From Armatimonadota bacterium (GTDB lineage Bacteria; Armatimonadota; UBA5829; DTLH01), in NCBI GenBank assembly GCA_039680575.1, contig JBDKSP010000049.1, positions 1-14,295 on the forward strand: a stretch of 14,295 nucleotides of DNA, in the 5' to 3' direction. Made by a program: the position numbers and the translations under genes. Each line of letters starts with the position of its first letter. The first letter of the stretch is position 1. Positions 7,758 to 14,295 of this stretch are shown piece by piece. The notes under the pieces were generated by a model. The model worked only from the letters and a program-made list of their open reading frames with translations. It did no database searches and was not told where the DNA came from.

Positions 7758-9080
7758 CTAATGCTCCTTTGCTTTTTGCACCATTTCGCGGTCCACTTCG
7801 CCTATCGTGTAGAACGACCCTGTGACGAGCACGAGGTCGTCTTCTGATGCCAGGTCCAGAGCGGCCTGCACGGCGGCGGGGACCGGCTCCACTATCCGTA
7901 CATTTGGGGTTGTCTTGAGCGCGGCGGAGGCTACTTCAGCGGCAGGACGGGCTTTATCCCACTGCGATTTAGTAGCGATGACCTCATCGGCAATCGGCGC
8001 GAGTATCCCCAGGACATCTTCCGCGGAGTGAGTCGAGAGCATCCCGATCACAAGTATCAGCTTTCGATACTTAAAATACTTCGGGACGGACTCCGCGAGC
8101 TTCTTTGCTCCGTCCGGGTTGTGCGCGGCGTCTATCACTACTGTCGGCTTCCTGCGGAGCACCTCCAGCCTCCCCGGAAGATACGCTTCGGCAAGCCCTT
8201 TTTCGATTGCTGCGTGAGACACGGGTTTCGGAAGCGCTGATACCGCTGCTGCAGCCGTAGCAGCATTCACAGCCTGAAAATCCCCGGCAAGCCTGAGCAT
8301 GACAGGGCCGATCTGCCCGTCGGGAAGATCGATGATGACTTCTCCGTCCTGGCTATCGAAATAAACGGTTTTATCAGGCCGGGGCAAATCCGGCGGCGGC
8401 ATAGTGCCTTTCCGCGTCACCCGCCATATCTGCTCGACCCCCTGTTCTCTTGCCGTAGCGTAAATCGTCCGCCAGGCTTCGTCACTGGCGGCTGTCACCA
8501 GAGGCGCGCCTGGTTTGGCTATACCGGACTTGTCCCAGGCTATCTGCTGGACTGTGTTTCCGAGCCGCTCGGTATGGTCCAGCGTAACGTTCGTGATAAC
8601 TGACACGAGCGGGGTCACAAGGTTGGTCGCGTCATACCTTCCGCCCATACCGACCTCTATTACCGAGTAATCCAGCTTTTTTTTCACGAAGAAGAGGAAC
8701 GCCATGAGCGTTTTGGCTTCGAACTCGGTGCCGTTTCCGAGTTCCGTTTGGGCTACCGCCTCGATGTGCGGCCTTATCTCGGACATGAGCTCCGCAAAAT
8801 CGTCTTTCGGGATCATTTCGCCGTTCATCTGTATCCGTTCCCTCACATCATAGACATAAGGGGACAGGTATGTGCCGGTACTGAACCCCGCAGCATGCAG
8901 GATAGATGTGATGAACGTGCATGTCGAGCCTTTGCCGTTCGTCCCGCCGACGTGTATGATCCTGAGCGAGTCCTGCGGGCTGCCGGTCCGCCTGCAAAGC
9001 TCCGCGAAGCGTTCCAGCCCGAGCTTTATGCCGAATGCGCGAAGCCCGGACAGGTATTCTATTGCCTGATCGTAGTTCAT
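7758..9080 (-). CDS. folC: Bifunctional folylpolyglutamate synthase/dihydrofolate synthase
   Basis: Motifs IHVGGTNGKGSTC, YLSPY...ERI, TEFE, IEVGMGGRYDATN, LDHTERLG, PGRLE, IDAAHNPDG, VTGSFY. ATG 9080, alternative TTG 9092. Confidence 0.96.
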   Translation of the reverse strand: MNYDQAIEYLSGLRAFGIKLGLERFAELCRRTGSPQDSLRIIHVGGTNGKGSTCTFITSILHAAGFSTGTYLSPYVYDVRERIQMNGEMIPKDDFAELMSEIRPHIEAVAQTELGNGTEFEAKTLMAFLFFVKKKLDYSVIEVGMGGRYDATNLVTPLVSVITNVTLDHTERLGNTVQQIAWDKSGIAKPGAPLVTAASDEAWRTIYATAREQGVEQIWRVTRKGTMPPPDLPRPDKTVYFDSQDGEVIIDLPDGQIGPVMLRLAGDFQAVNAATAAAAVSALPKPVSHAAIEKGLAEAYLPGRLEVLRRKPTVVIDAAHNPDGAKKLAESVPKYFKYRKLILVIGMLSTHSAEDVLGILAPIADEVIATKSQWDKARPAAEVASAALKTTPNVRIVEPVPAAVQAALDLASEDDLVLVTGSFYTIGEVDREMVQKAKEH

Positions 9081-9197
9081 GTTTTGACTCAATTATTCCG
9101 GACCGTGGAAACGCGGAAGGGAAGGATTTACCACAGTGGAGAATACCATTTCAAATATCCTGCTGTAAAGGCCAGAAACTTCATGTGCGTGGAATTA

Positions 9198-9253
9198 TAG
9201 ATTTTCGGCTGAAATGATATTTATTACTCGTTACATCGACTACCAAAACTCTG
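9198..9253. mobile_element. Modular miniature element, copy 2 (single-hairpin form)
   Basis: TA|TAGATTTTCGGC-32 nt-ACCAAAACTCTG|TA. 9198-9255 matches the reverse complement of 11803-11860 at 49/58 by manual count. Confidence 0.72.
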
Positions 9254-9310
9254 TAGGTTGCAGATTGGAGAGATGTGCGGAATTTCGGTTAGCCCCATTT
9301 TTGAGGGCTG

Positions 9311-9883
9311 TCAGCTACCGCATGTGGGCAGTGAGCCGGATTTGGCGGTCCGTGAAAGCCCTTCTACTGTTTTTACCAGTCTGGAGAGCCTTTTACGCTG
9401 CCAGCTGTCGGGTGCAAGCAGGTAGGCACGCTTCAAGTGGAACAGCGAACCCTTATAGTCCTTCATATGCCTTGCCAGGAACGTTCCATACTCGTCATGC
9501 AGCATTATCGAGTTCGGGTTGTTGGTCGTCCCTTCTTCCAGGTAAGCATTCGCTTCTTTCAGCTTGTTCTGTCCGATCAGCATCATAGCGCCTGCAGCAT
9601 AGGCTTCTTCGAAATGGGGGTCGAGCTTCGTGATGATCTGGTCCAACCCGAGGAGGTCGTTGTTTTTCGTCCAATCACCGTTGTGAGCTATGTATTCGTG
9701 GTGATAATTCTCTGCTTTGATCCATAGCAGGTTGGCAAAGACTGTACGAAACTCGCCCGCAAGTATAGTTACGGCGGAATTTCCACCCGCAGGCGCGGGG
9801 CGGCTCTTCTCCACGGTCGTATCGAGGACCGCCAGCCCGGAAAACAGAACCAGTATAAGAGCAATCGTCGTCATTACCCGCAT
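9311..9883 (-). CDS. Membrane-anchored TPR protein, PilG/XapA-like
   Basis: N-terminal hydrophobic helix, then FANLLWIKA..Y, ITKLDPHFEEAY and TPR-like helices. GAGGA RBS before ATG 9883, which overlaps the upstream gene's end. Confidence 0.7.
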   Translation of the reverse strand: MRVMTTIALILVLFSGLAVLDTTVEKSRPAPAGGNSAVTILAGEFRTVFANLLWIKAENYHHEYIAHNGDWTKNNDLLGLDQIITKLDPHFEEAYAAGAMMLIGQNKLKEANAYLEEGTTNNPNSIMLHDEYGTFLARHMKDYKGSLFHLKRAYLLAPDSWQRKRLSRLVKTVEGLSRTAKSGSLPTCGS

Positions 9884-10077
9884 CGGCGTGTCCTCTTGAA
9901 CCACAAAACAAGCTGGTACGCTATATAAATCGACATTACTCCGGCTATAAAGACAAGCTGCATCTGGATTTCGGATAGATATTCCGGTTTCATCCAATGA
10001 TGCTCAAGGCAATGTTCTTCATGAGCCATGGCCGGAGATGAGAGAATAGCAAGCAGCACTACTAACATCCGCCGCAT
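9874..10077 (-). CDS. Small exported/membrane protein (67 aa) with His-rich segment
   Basis: Signal-like N-terminus, AHEEHCLEHHW, C-terminal TM helix and basic tail. AAGGAG RBS; fills the operon gap exactly. Confidence 0.7.
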   Translation of the reverse strand: MRRMLVVLLAILSSPAMAHEEHCLEHHWMKPEYLSEIQMQLVFIAGVMSIYIAYQLVLWFKRTRRCG

Positions 10078-10078
10078 A

Positions 10079-10843
10079 CTAAAGCTCCTTCCTGCTGAAC
10101 GCGTACTTGGCGACAGTCAGGGCAAGCGCCGCATAAAGCACGCCGTACACAGCCACCTGGATCAGATAGCTTTCCGGGACATGCAGCCGGTGGACGAGCG
10201 CATCCTTGAAGTTGAATGATTCCAGGTTGGGCAGAAGGTGATAGACCCCCTTAACCATAGCTTTTGCCACCGGGTTATCCACGTTCTCTACGAGCGGCCT
10301 GAAATAGCCGATCTTCGCTGATCCGGCGATGAATACCAGAAACGACACCATTGCGGCTACGGCCGGAGTAGTGAACGTGGACAGGCACATGGAAATGGCG
10401 GCTATTATCGCAACTTCAAGCAGCGCATAGCCGAGCGCGAGGACTAGCAGCCAGTCGAGCGCGTGTCTTCCCACCAGGAGCGCTGCAAATGCAAGCCCGA
10501 TGACCGCCAGCCCGATATAGACCGTGAAAAGCGTACCGAAATACTTGCCGAGCACGAGCTGGCATCTGGTGACCGGACGGGCAAGGGTGGGATAGCACGT
10601 GCGAGACTCTACTTCGCCAGGAATGGCTGTAGCTGCCAATGCGATAGCAAGCACTCCGCCGCAGAAAAGTATGCTCGTCATGCACAGATCTTTCAGGATC
10701 TTCACCTGGACACCAAGCGTGAAGAACGACAGCAGCACGGAAGCACATATTATGGTCAGCGTGAGGAGCGTGACCACATGGAAGACCTGCTTCCTCGCGT
10801 TTTCCAGCATGGTTAACCTGGCTAATATCAGGATATGCGACAT
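10079..10843 (-). CDS. ABC-2 type transporter permease (PilI-like)
   Basis: Six TM segments, EVESRT...LARPVTR..LVLGKY motif, LPNLESFN, C-terminal FSRKEL. GAGGAGG RBS. Confidence 0.9.
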   Translation of the reverse strand: MSHILILARLTMLENARKQVFHVVTLLTLTIICASVLLSFFTLGVQVKILKDLCMTSILFCGGVLAIALAATAIPGEVESRTCYPTLARPVTRCQLVLGKYFGTLFTVYIGLAVIGLAFAALLVGRHALDWLLVLALGYALLEVAIIAAISMCLSTFTTPAVAAMVSFLVFIAGSAKIGYFRPLVENVDNPVAKAMVKGVYHLLPNLESFNFKDALVHRLHVPESYLIQVAVYGVLYAALALTVAKYAFSRKEL

Positions 10844-10858
10844 AAAACAGTCCTCCTC

Positions 10859-11770
10859 TTACGCTGCAAAACGCAGGAATGCATCTTCAAGGCTTTCCCT
10901 CTCGGGCATAACGGAAGTCAGCGGGAGGTCCGCATCCCGGAGTATGTCTATCAGATCGTAGAGCTTGCTCGATTCTACCGTGATAATGTTATCCCCTTCG
11001 GAGTAGTAAGCCGTAGCTCCCAGTTCATCGACTTTCGCCAGGGACTCCGCCTTCAAACCCTGTGTGGTGACAGTCGTCTTGTTGCTGTCCTCTTTGATCT
11101 CGCCGGGGGTCCCCATGGCGGTGAGCTTCCCATGCGAAAGCACTGCTACCCTGTCACACACCGTCTCTATCTCCGAAAGCAGATGCGAGCTCAGGAATAT
11201 CGTCCTTCCCATCTCGCGCTGGCGAAGCAGCAGGTCGCGCACCTGGCGGCGGCCGAGCGGGTCGAGTCCCGACGCCGGCTCATCCAGTATAAGTATCTTT
11301 GGGTCTCCCACCAGCGCCTGCGCAAGGCCGATCCGCTGGACCTGCCCTTTGGAGAGCTTCGACACGGGGATCTTCGCAATCTCCGAGAGCCCGACCATGT
11401 GTATAACTTCCTGCACACGGTCCTTCCTCTCCCGCCTCGGAACACTGGAGAGCCCGGCATGCATAGAGATAATTTCGACCGGGGTCATAAACTTATGAAA
11501 ATACGGCTGCTCGGGAAGGTAACCCACAGGTATCCGGGCTTCGGGCCTGTCTACGGGTATTCCCAGGATCTCCGCCCTGCCCGAAGTCGGATGGATGAAC
11601 CCGAGCAAAGTCTTGATCGTGGTAGTCTTCCCCGCACCGTTTGGTCCCAGGAACCCGAATATTTCACCCTGGCAGACATCAAGATCGAGGGAACTGACGG
11701 CGACCTTTGTTTTCCCATGCCGCAACTTGTAGACTTTCGTGAAATCAAACGTAGAAATTGCCGATTGCAT
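10859..11770 (-). CDS. ABC transporter ATP-binding protein (PilH-like)
   Basis: Walker A GPNGAGKTT, signature LSKGQ, Walker B ILILDEP, H-loop SSH, C-terminal SLEDAF. Start placed at ATG 11770 because the upstream extension runs into a repeat. Confidence 0.93.
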   Translation of the reverse strand: MQSAISTFDFTKVYKLRHGKTKVAVSSLDLDVCQGEIFGFLGPNGAGKTTTIKTLLGFIHPTSGRAEILGIPVDRPEARIPVGYLPEQPYFHKFMTPVEIISMHAGLSSVPRRERKDRVQEVIHMVGLSEIAKIPVSKLSKGQVQRIGLAQALVGDPKILILDEPASGLDPLGRRQVRDLLLRQREMGRTIFLSSHLLSEIETVCDRVAVLSHGKLTAMGTPGEIKEDSNKTTVTTQGLKAESLAKVDELGATAYYSEGDNIITVESSKLYDLIDILRDADLPLTSVMPERESLEDAFLRFAA

Positions 11771-11804
11771 AGTGTAATTCACTGCATTCCATAGTATTTT
11801 TTTA

Positions 11805-11877
11805 CAGAGTTTTGGCAGTCGATGCAACAAGCAAGCAATATCATTTCAGCCAAAACTCTTCTGGTCCTGAAACTCTT
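11805..11877 (-). mobile_element. Modular miniature element, copy 3
   Basis: TA|CAGAGTTTTGGC-32 nt-GCCAAAACTCT-TCTGGT-CCTGAAACTCTT. The right flank is TG, not TA. Confidence 0.7.
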
Positions 11878-12046
11878 TGGTAAGTACCATGTGAGATTAT
11901 TGGCGGGGAAGGCTGTTTGCTGTAGGGGGAGGATTTGGGGAGTTCTATCAGCTTGCCTGCATTCGCTTGAACCTTGGCTACAGCCTTTATATCACTTTAC
12001 TCAACCGGTTTTACCAGTTCCAATTGCATTGCCTCCACAATACGAT

Positions 12047-12121
12047 TACCTATATACTCCAGGTTCTGCAATACCTATATACTCCAGGTTCTGCGATAAT
12101 TATATACTCCAGGTTCTGCCA
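12047..12121 (+). repeat. 3 x 25-bp tandem repeat
   Basis: Identical 19-mer TATATACTCCAGGTTCTGC at 12051, 12076 and 12101. Confidence 0.95.
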
Positions 12122-12133
12122 AATGTATACCCA

Positions 12134-12179
12134 CTATGGCCGGAAATCTTTGGAAGAGTTCCGGTATCACCTGACACTC
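12134..12179 (-). repeat. Degenerate partial copy of the modular miniature element
   Basis: CTATGGCCGGAAATCTTTGGAAGAGTTCCGGTATCACCTGACACTC aligns, with two 1-nt gaps, to 13165-13212 (CTATAGCCGAAAATCTTCCGGGAGAGTTTCAGGTATTAACTGAAACCC). Confidence 0.55.
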
Positions 12180-12218
12180 AAAAAAACAATATCATCAATT
12201 TCGACCGTAATGACCGGA

Positions 12219-12234
12219 TTGGCACGAATGTTGC
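12219..12234 (+). promoter_or_regulatory. Sigma-54 (-24/-12) promoter for the PEP-CTERM gene
   Basis: TTGGCACGAATGTTGC matches TGGCAC-N5-TTGC exactly, correctly oriented about 115 nt upstream of ATG 12350. Confidence 0.85.
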
Positions 12235-12349
12235 CGAAGTTTTTAGTAATAGAAACAGGCATTCGGACATATAGAGAAGCACAGCATCCCTGACTGTTGG
12301 GGTGCAGCGCCGTTTGTTATGTGACAACTATCAGAAGGGTGGTGAAAGA

Positions 12350-13105
12350 ATGAACCGAGCATTTATTCTGGTTATCGTATTAGCTGTAGCTGTAGCCGTT
12401 TTCGCAACGGAAGCCAGTGCCTCGCGCGCTGCGCCGGGGGCGTTTATCCTTGATAAAGCGGACACAGTGCAAGCATTGGTAGATCAGATATCCTCGAATA
12501 AGACTGTTTCGGCACTCTACGTGAAGCATTACGGGATGTCGGAAGCCAAGATAATCAATTACTTCGAGCAAAACCTGAGACTGATTACGCTGAAGAAGCC
12601 TTTAACGGTCACGACTTACTTCGTGTCCAAGAACAACAGGATTCTTTCAAAGCAGCGCCTGCTCCCTGCGGGAACCAAAGTCTTCGCTACGCCAAGCGGA
12701 GAACCGGTGCTTGAGTGGAGATGCGGCAATCCGATTTCCAAACAATTGCCGTTTGTTGAGATTGCTGAGAAGCCTAAATCACCAACAACATTGGTCGCGT
12801 CTAACCCGCCAATCGAAATCGGGACTCTTCCGGATGCACTTATCACTTCAGTGGAAACTACGCCGGTGTTGATCCCGGCCGCTTCGACAATAGCGCCTGC
12901 GCTACAGGCTGCTATCGAGCCGCCGGTTATCGCCTCTCCTAGCTTGAGCGCGATGAAAGTGTTAGTTCCGGCACTGTTGGGCGCAGTCGCAGTACGGGCC
13001 AGCAATGACACTCCTTCGAGTGTACCTGAGCCGATGAGTATTCTGACGCTTATGGCTGGAACCGGGGGCGTTTTGCTCCAGTATCGAAGAAAGAACCGCC
13101 GGTAA
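12350..13105 (+). CDS. PEP-CTERM (exosortase-sorted) surface protein with a CGNP-motif domain (DUF6777-like)
   Basis: Signal peptide ending ASA, LPAGTKVF...GEPVLEWRCGNP, Pro/Thr/Ala-rich linker, C-terminal VPEP + hydrophobic helix + RRKNRR. Confidence 0.88.
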   Translation: MNRAFILVIVLAVAVAVFATEASASRAAPGAFILDKADTVQALVDQISSNKTVSALYVKHYGMSEAKIINYFEQNLRLITLKKPLTVTTYFVSKNNRILSKQRLLPAGTKVFATPSGEPVLEWRCGNPISKQLPFVEIAEKPKSPTTLVASNPPIEIGTLPDALITSVETTPVLIPAASTIAPALQAAIEPPVIASPSLSAMKVLVPALLGAVAVRASNDTPSSVPEPMSILTLMAGTGGVLLQYRRKNRR

Positions 13106-13123
13106 CGCTACGGCGGTTCTTTC
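13089..13123 (+). terminator. Stem-loop overlapping the PEP-CTERM stop codon, putative terminator
   Basis: 13-bp stem GAAAGAACCGCCG/CGGCGGTTCTTTC. Confidence 0.65.
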
Positions 13124-13153
13124 CGCACCTTCATTCTATGGACTCTGAATCTA

Positions 13154-13214
13154 TGGATTTTCGGCTATAGCCGAAAATCTTCCGGGAGAGTTTCAGGTAT
13201 TAACTGAAACCCCT
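13154..13214 (-). mobile_element. Modular miniature element, copy 4 (minimal form), inside a REP-like palindrome
   Basis: TA|TGGATTTTCGGC-TATA-GCCGAAAATCT-TCCGGG-AGAGTTTCAGG-TATTAA-CTGAAACCCCT|TA, flanked by REP halves GGACTCTGAATC and GTTTAGAGTG. Confidence 0.78.
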
Positions 13215-13225
13215 TAGTTTAGAGT

Positions 13226-13329
13226 GTTCAAAGTGATATGGTTTGTTCAGAGTGACGGTGTTTATTGCTCAAAGCGACATGTGGTCGTCCAAGGTGACGT
13301 GGCATTTGTTCAAAGTGGCGTTGGGTGAC
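13226..13329. repeat. Degenerate array of half-REP units with ~20-bp period
   Basis: GTTCAAAGTGAT 13226, GTTCAGAGTGAC 13245, GCTCAAAGCGAC 13267, GTCCAAGGTGAC 13287, GTTCAAAGTGGC 13308, partial at 13320. Compare REP end GTTCAGGGTGAC at 5656. Confidence 0.7.
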
Positions 13330-13347
13330 ATATTCTGCTTTATCCAT

Positions 13348-13379
13348 GGGAGACATCATTTGTCAAGGTGATGTCTCCC
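13348..13379. other. Stem-loop downstream of the beta-barrel gene
   Basis: 11-bp perfect stem GGGAGACATCA/TGATGTCTCCC with a 10-nt loop and no clear U-tract. Confidence 0.55.
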
Positions 13380-13418
13380 GTTCAGCATGACAGGTGTTTC
13401 CTAAATAGAATTAGGCTA

Positions 13419-14024
13419 CTAGAGCTTGATGTCGAACAGCCGCATGCCCGTAGACAGCGATATTCCGTCGAAATCCGTGCCCGCGAACTTGCTGAAGTAA
13501 TCGTATCTGACTTCAACGTAGAATTTCTTCTTGATTGTAACGCCGAGCGATGCGTTTGCATTCAGCCCGATGTGGTCCTCGTCCAGTCCTGTAGCATCCT
13601 CTGTAACCTTGCCGTAATAGGGACCGGCTCTGAACGTCAAATACGGCTGCAGATTGCGGCTTTCCGTAAGCCCCTTCTCAATACCGAAGGTCAGCGGGTA
13701 GAGTTTTGCGCTGGATGGCCCGCTCAGACTAAAAGAGCCGCCCTCCGCAATAAACCGCCACTCTTTCGGTTTCTCTGCTTCGAAAGTCTTTAGACTAACG
13801 CGTGTCCAGCAGTCGTCATACTTATCTCTGGTGGTGGAACTCACCGGAAAGAAAGCTCCGGCGCTAAGCGCGATAGAGATCTTATTGGCATTGGCCGGAG
13901 ACTTGTCTGCTGAGACCTTATCAGCGGAAGTCTTGTCGGCAGAGACAGTGTCGGCAGCGAATGCTGTTCCGCACAAAACGAGCAGTGCAAATAACGTACA
14001 CACGGCTGATTTCATCATGCTCAC
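13419..14024 (-). CDS. Outer-membrane beta-barrel protein (small, probably 8-stranded)
   Basis: Signal peptide ending AFA, alternating amphipathic strands (QPYLTFRAGPYY, FYVEVRYDY, GISLSTGMRLF), N-terminal SADK x3. Start GTG 14024 or ATG 14018. Confidence 0.78.
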   Translation of the reverse strand: MSMMKSAVCTLFALLVLCGTAFAADTVSADKTSADKVSADKSPANANKISIALSAGAFFPVSSTTRDKYDDCWTRVSLKTFEAEKPKEWRFIAEGGSFSLSGPSSAKLYPLTFGIEKGLTESRNLQPYLTFRAGPYYGKVTEDATGLDEDHIGLNANASLGVTIKKKFYVEVRYDYFSKFAGTDFDGISLSTGMRLFDIKL

Positions 14025-14050
14025 AACCTTTCCTCATTTTTATATATCTA

Positions 14051-14125
14051 CTGAGTTTCAGACCCGGAAGATTTTCGGCAATAGCCGGTATACCATTGAT
14101 TGTTAACCAATCAGCCGAAAATCTA
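14051..14125 (+). mobile_element. Modular miniature element, copy 5
   Basis: TA|CTGAGTTTCAGA-CCCGGA-AGATTTTCGGC-34 nt-GCCGAAAATCTA|TA. The 34-nt interior matches that of copy 1 at 24/34. Confidence 0.75.
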
Positions 14126-14217
14126 TAACTGGTCCATTATATCATGTTCGCAGGACTTGAAGAAAAATAGTAAGAGTTCAGAGTTGATGAGTATAATATC
14201 ATGCTGAACTACCACAA

Positions 14218-14266
14218 CGTCATTCCGAGCTTGACTCGGAATCCAGGAAAAACTGGACCCTGAATC
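14218..14266. repeat. CGTC-tagged REP-like doublet, second palindrome interrupted
   Basis: CGTCATTCCGAGCTTGACTCGGAATCCAGGAAAA is identical to 5604 onward. GGACCCTGAATC then breaks into the miniature element. Confidence 0.88.
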
Positions 14267-14268
14267 TA

Positions 14269-14295
14269 TGGATTTTCGGCTATAGCCGAAAATCT
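14269..14295 (-). mobile_element. Modular miniature element, copy 6 (cut by window end)
   Basis: TGGATTTTCGGCTATAGCCGAAAATCT is identical to 13154-13180 and preceded by TA. Confidence 0.75.

Noticed and set aside
9279..9296. Additional element copy (GGAATTTCGGTTAGCC)
   Set aside because: Too short and degenerate, with no partner arm or TA flank.
10835..11794. 319-aa plus-strand ORF
   Set aside because: Antisense shadow of the ABC ATPase with no recognisable motifs.
12047..12121. CRISPR array
   Set aside because: Only 6 nt separate the 19-bp repeats, so there are no real spacers, and no cas genes are present.
11822..12293. 150-aa and 108-aa plus-strand ORFs
   Set aside because: They run through element copies, the tandem repeat and the sigma-54 promoter, and lack protein-like features.
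13226..13329. CRISPR-like or coding repeat
   Set aside because: Units are 12 bp and degenerate with 7-10-nt linkers; they are better explained as half-REP reiterations.
13899..13950. SADK x3 repeat in the beta-barrel N-terminus
   Set aside because: Real, but most likely a low-complexity linker; synonymous differences argue against active repeat variation.

Overview
Bacterial chromosomal window from a probable diderm (PEP-CTERM protein, outer-membrane beta-barrel, sigma-54 promoter; Armatimonadota-like is an inference only). Genes in coordinate order: galU, a GlnR-like response regulator and glnA (one minus-strand operon); a VKOR-family protein and a triple-BON protein; a 52-aa lmo0937-like membrane protein missed by the ORF track; a DUF2993-like lipoprotein; a large membrane/TPR protein split by a frameshift at an A8 run; folC; a four-gene PilG/PilI/PilH-like ABC operon; a sigma-54-driven PEP-CTERM gene; an outer-membrane beta-barrel gene. 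The most striking signal is non-coding. (1) A modular miniature element with imperfect 11-bp arms (AGAGTTTCAGG / AGATTTTCGGC), variable interiors and TA flanks occurs in six clear copies and one degenerate copy. (2) CGTC-tagged REP-like doublets are present, two of them interrupted at the same loop position by that element. (3) Degenerate half-REP units form an array with ~20-bp period. No transposase or recombinase is encoded in the window.
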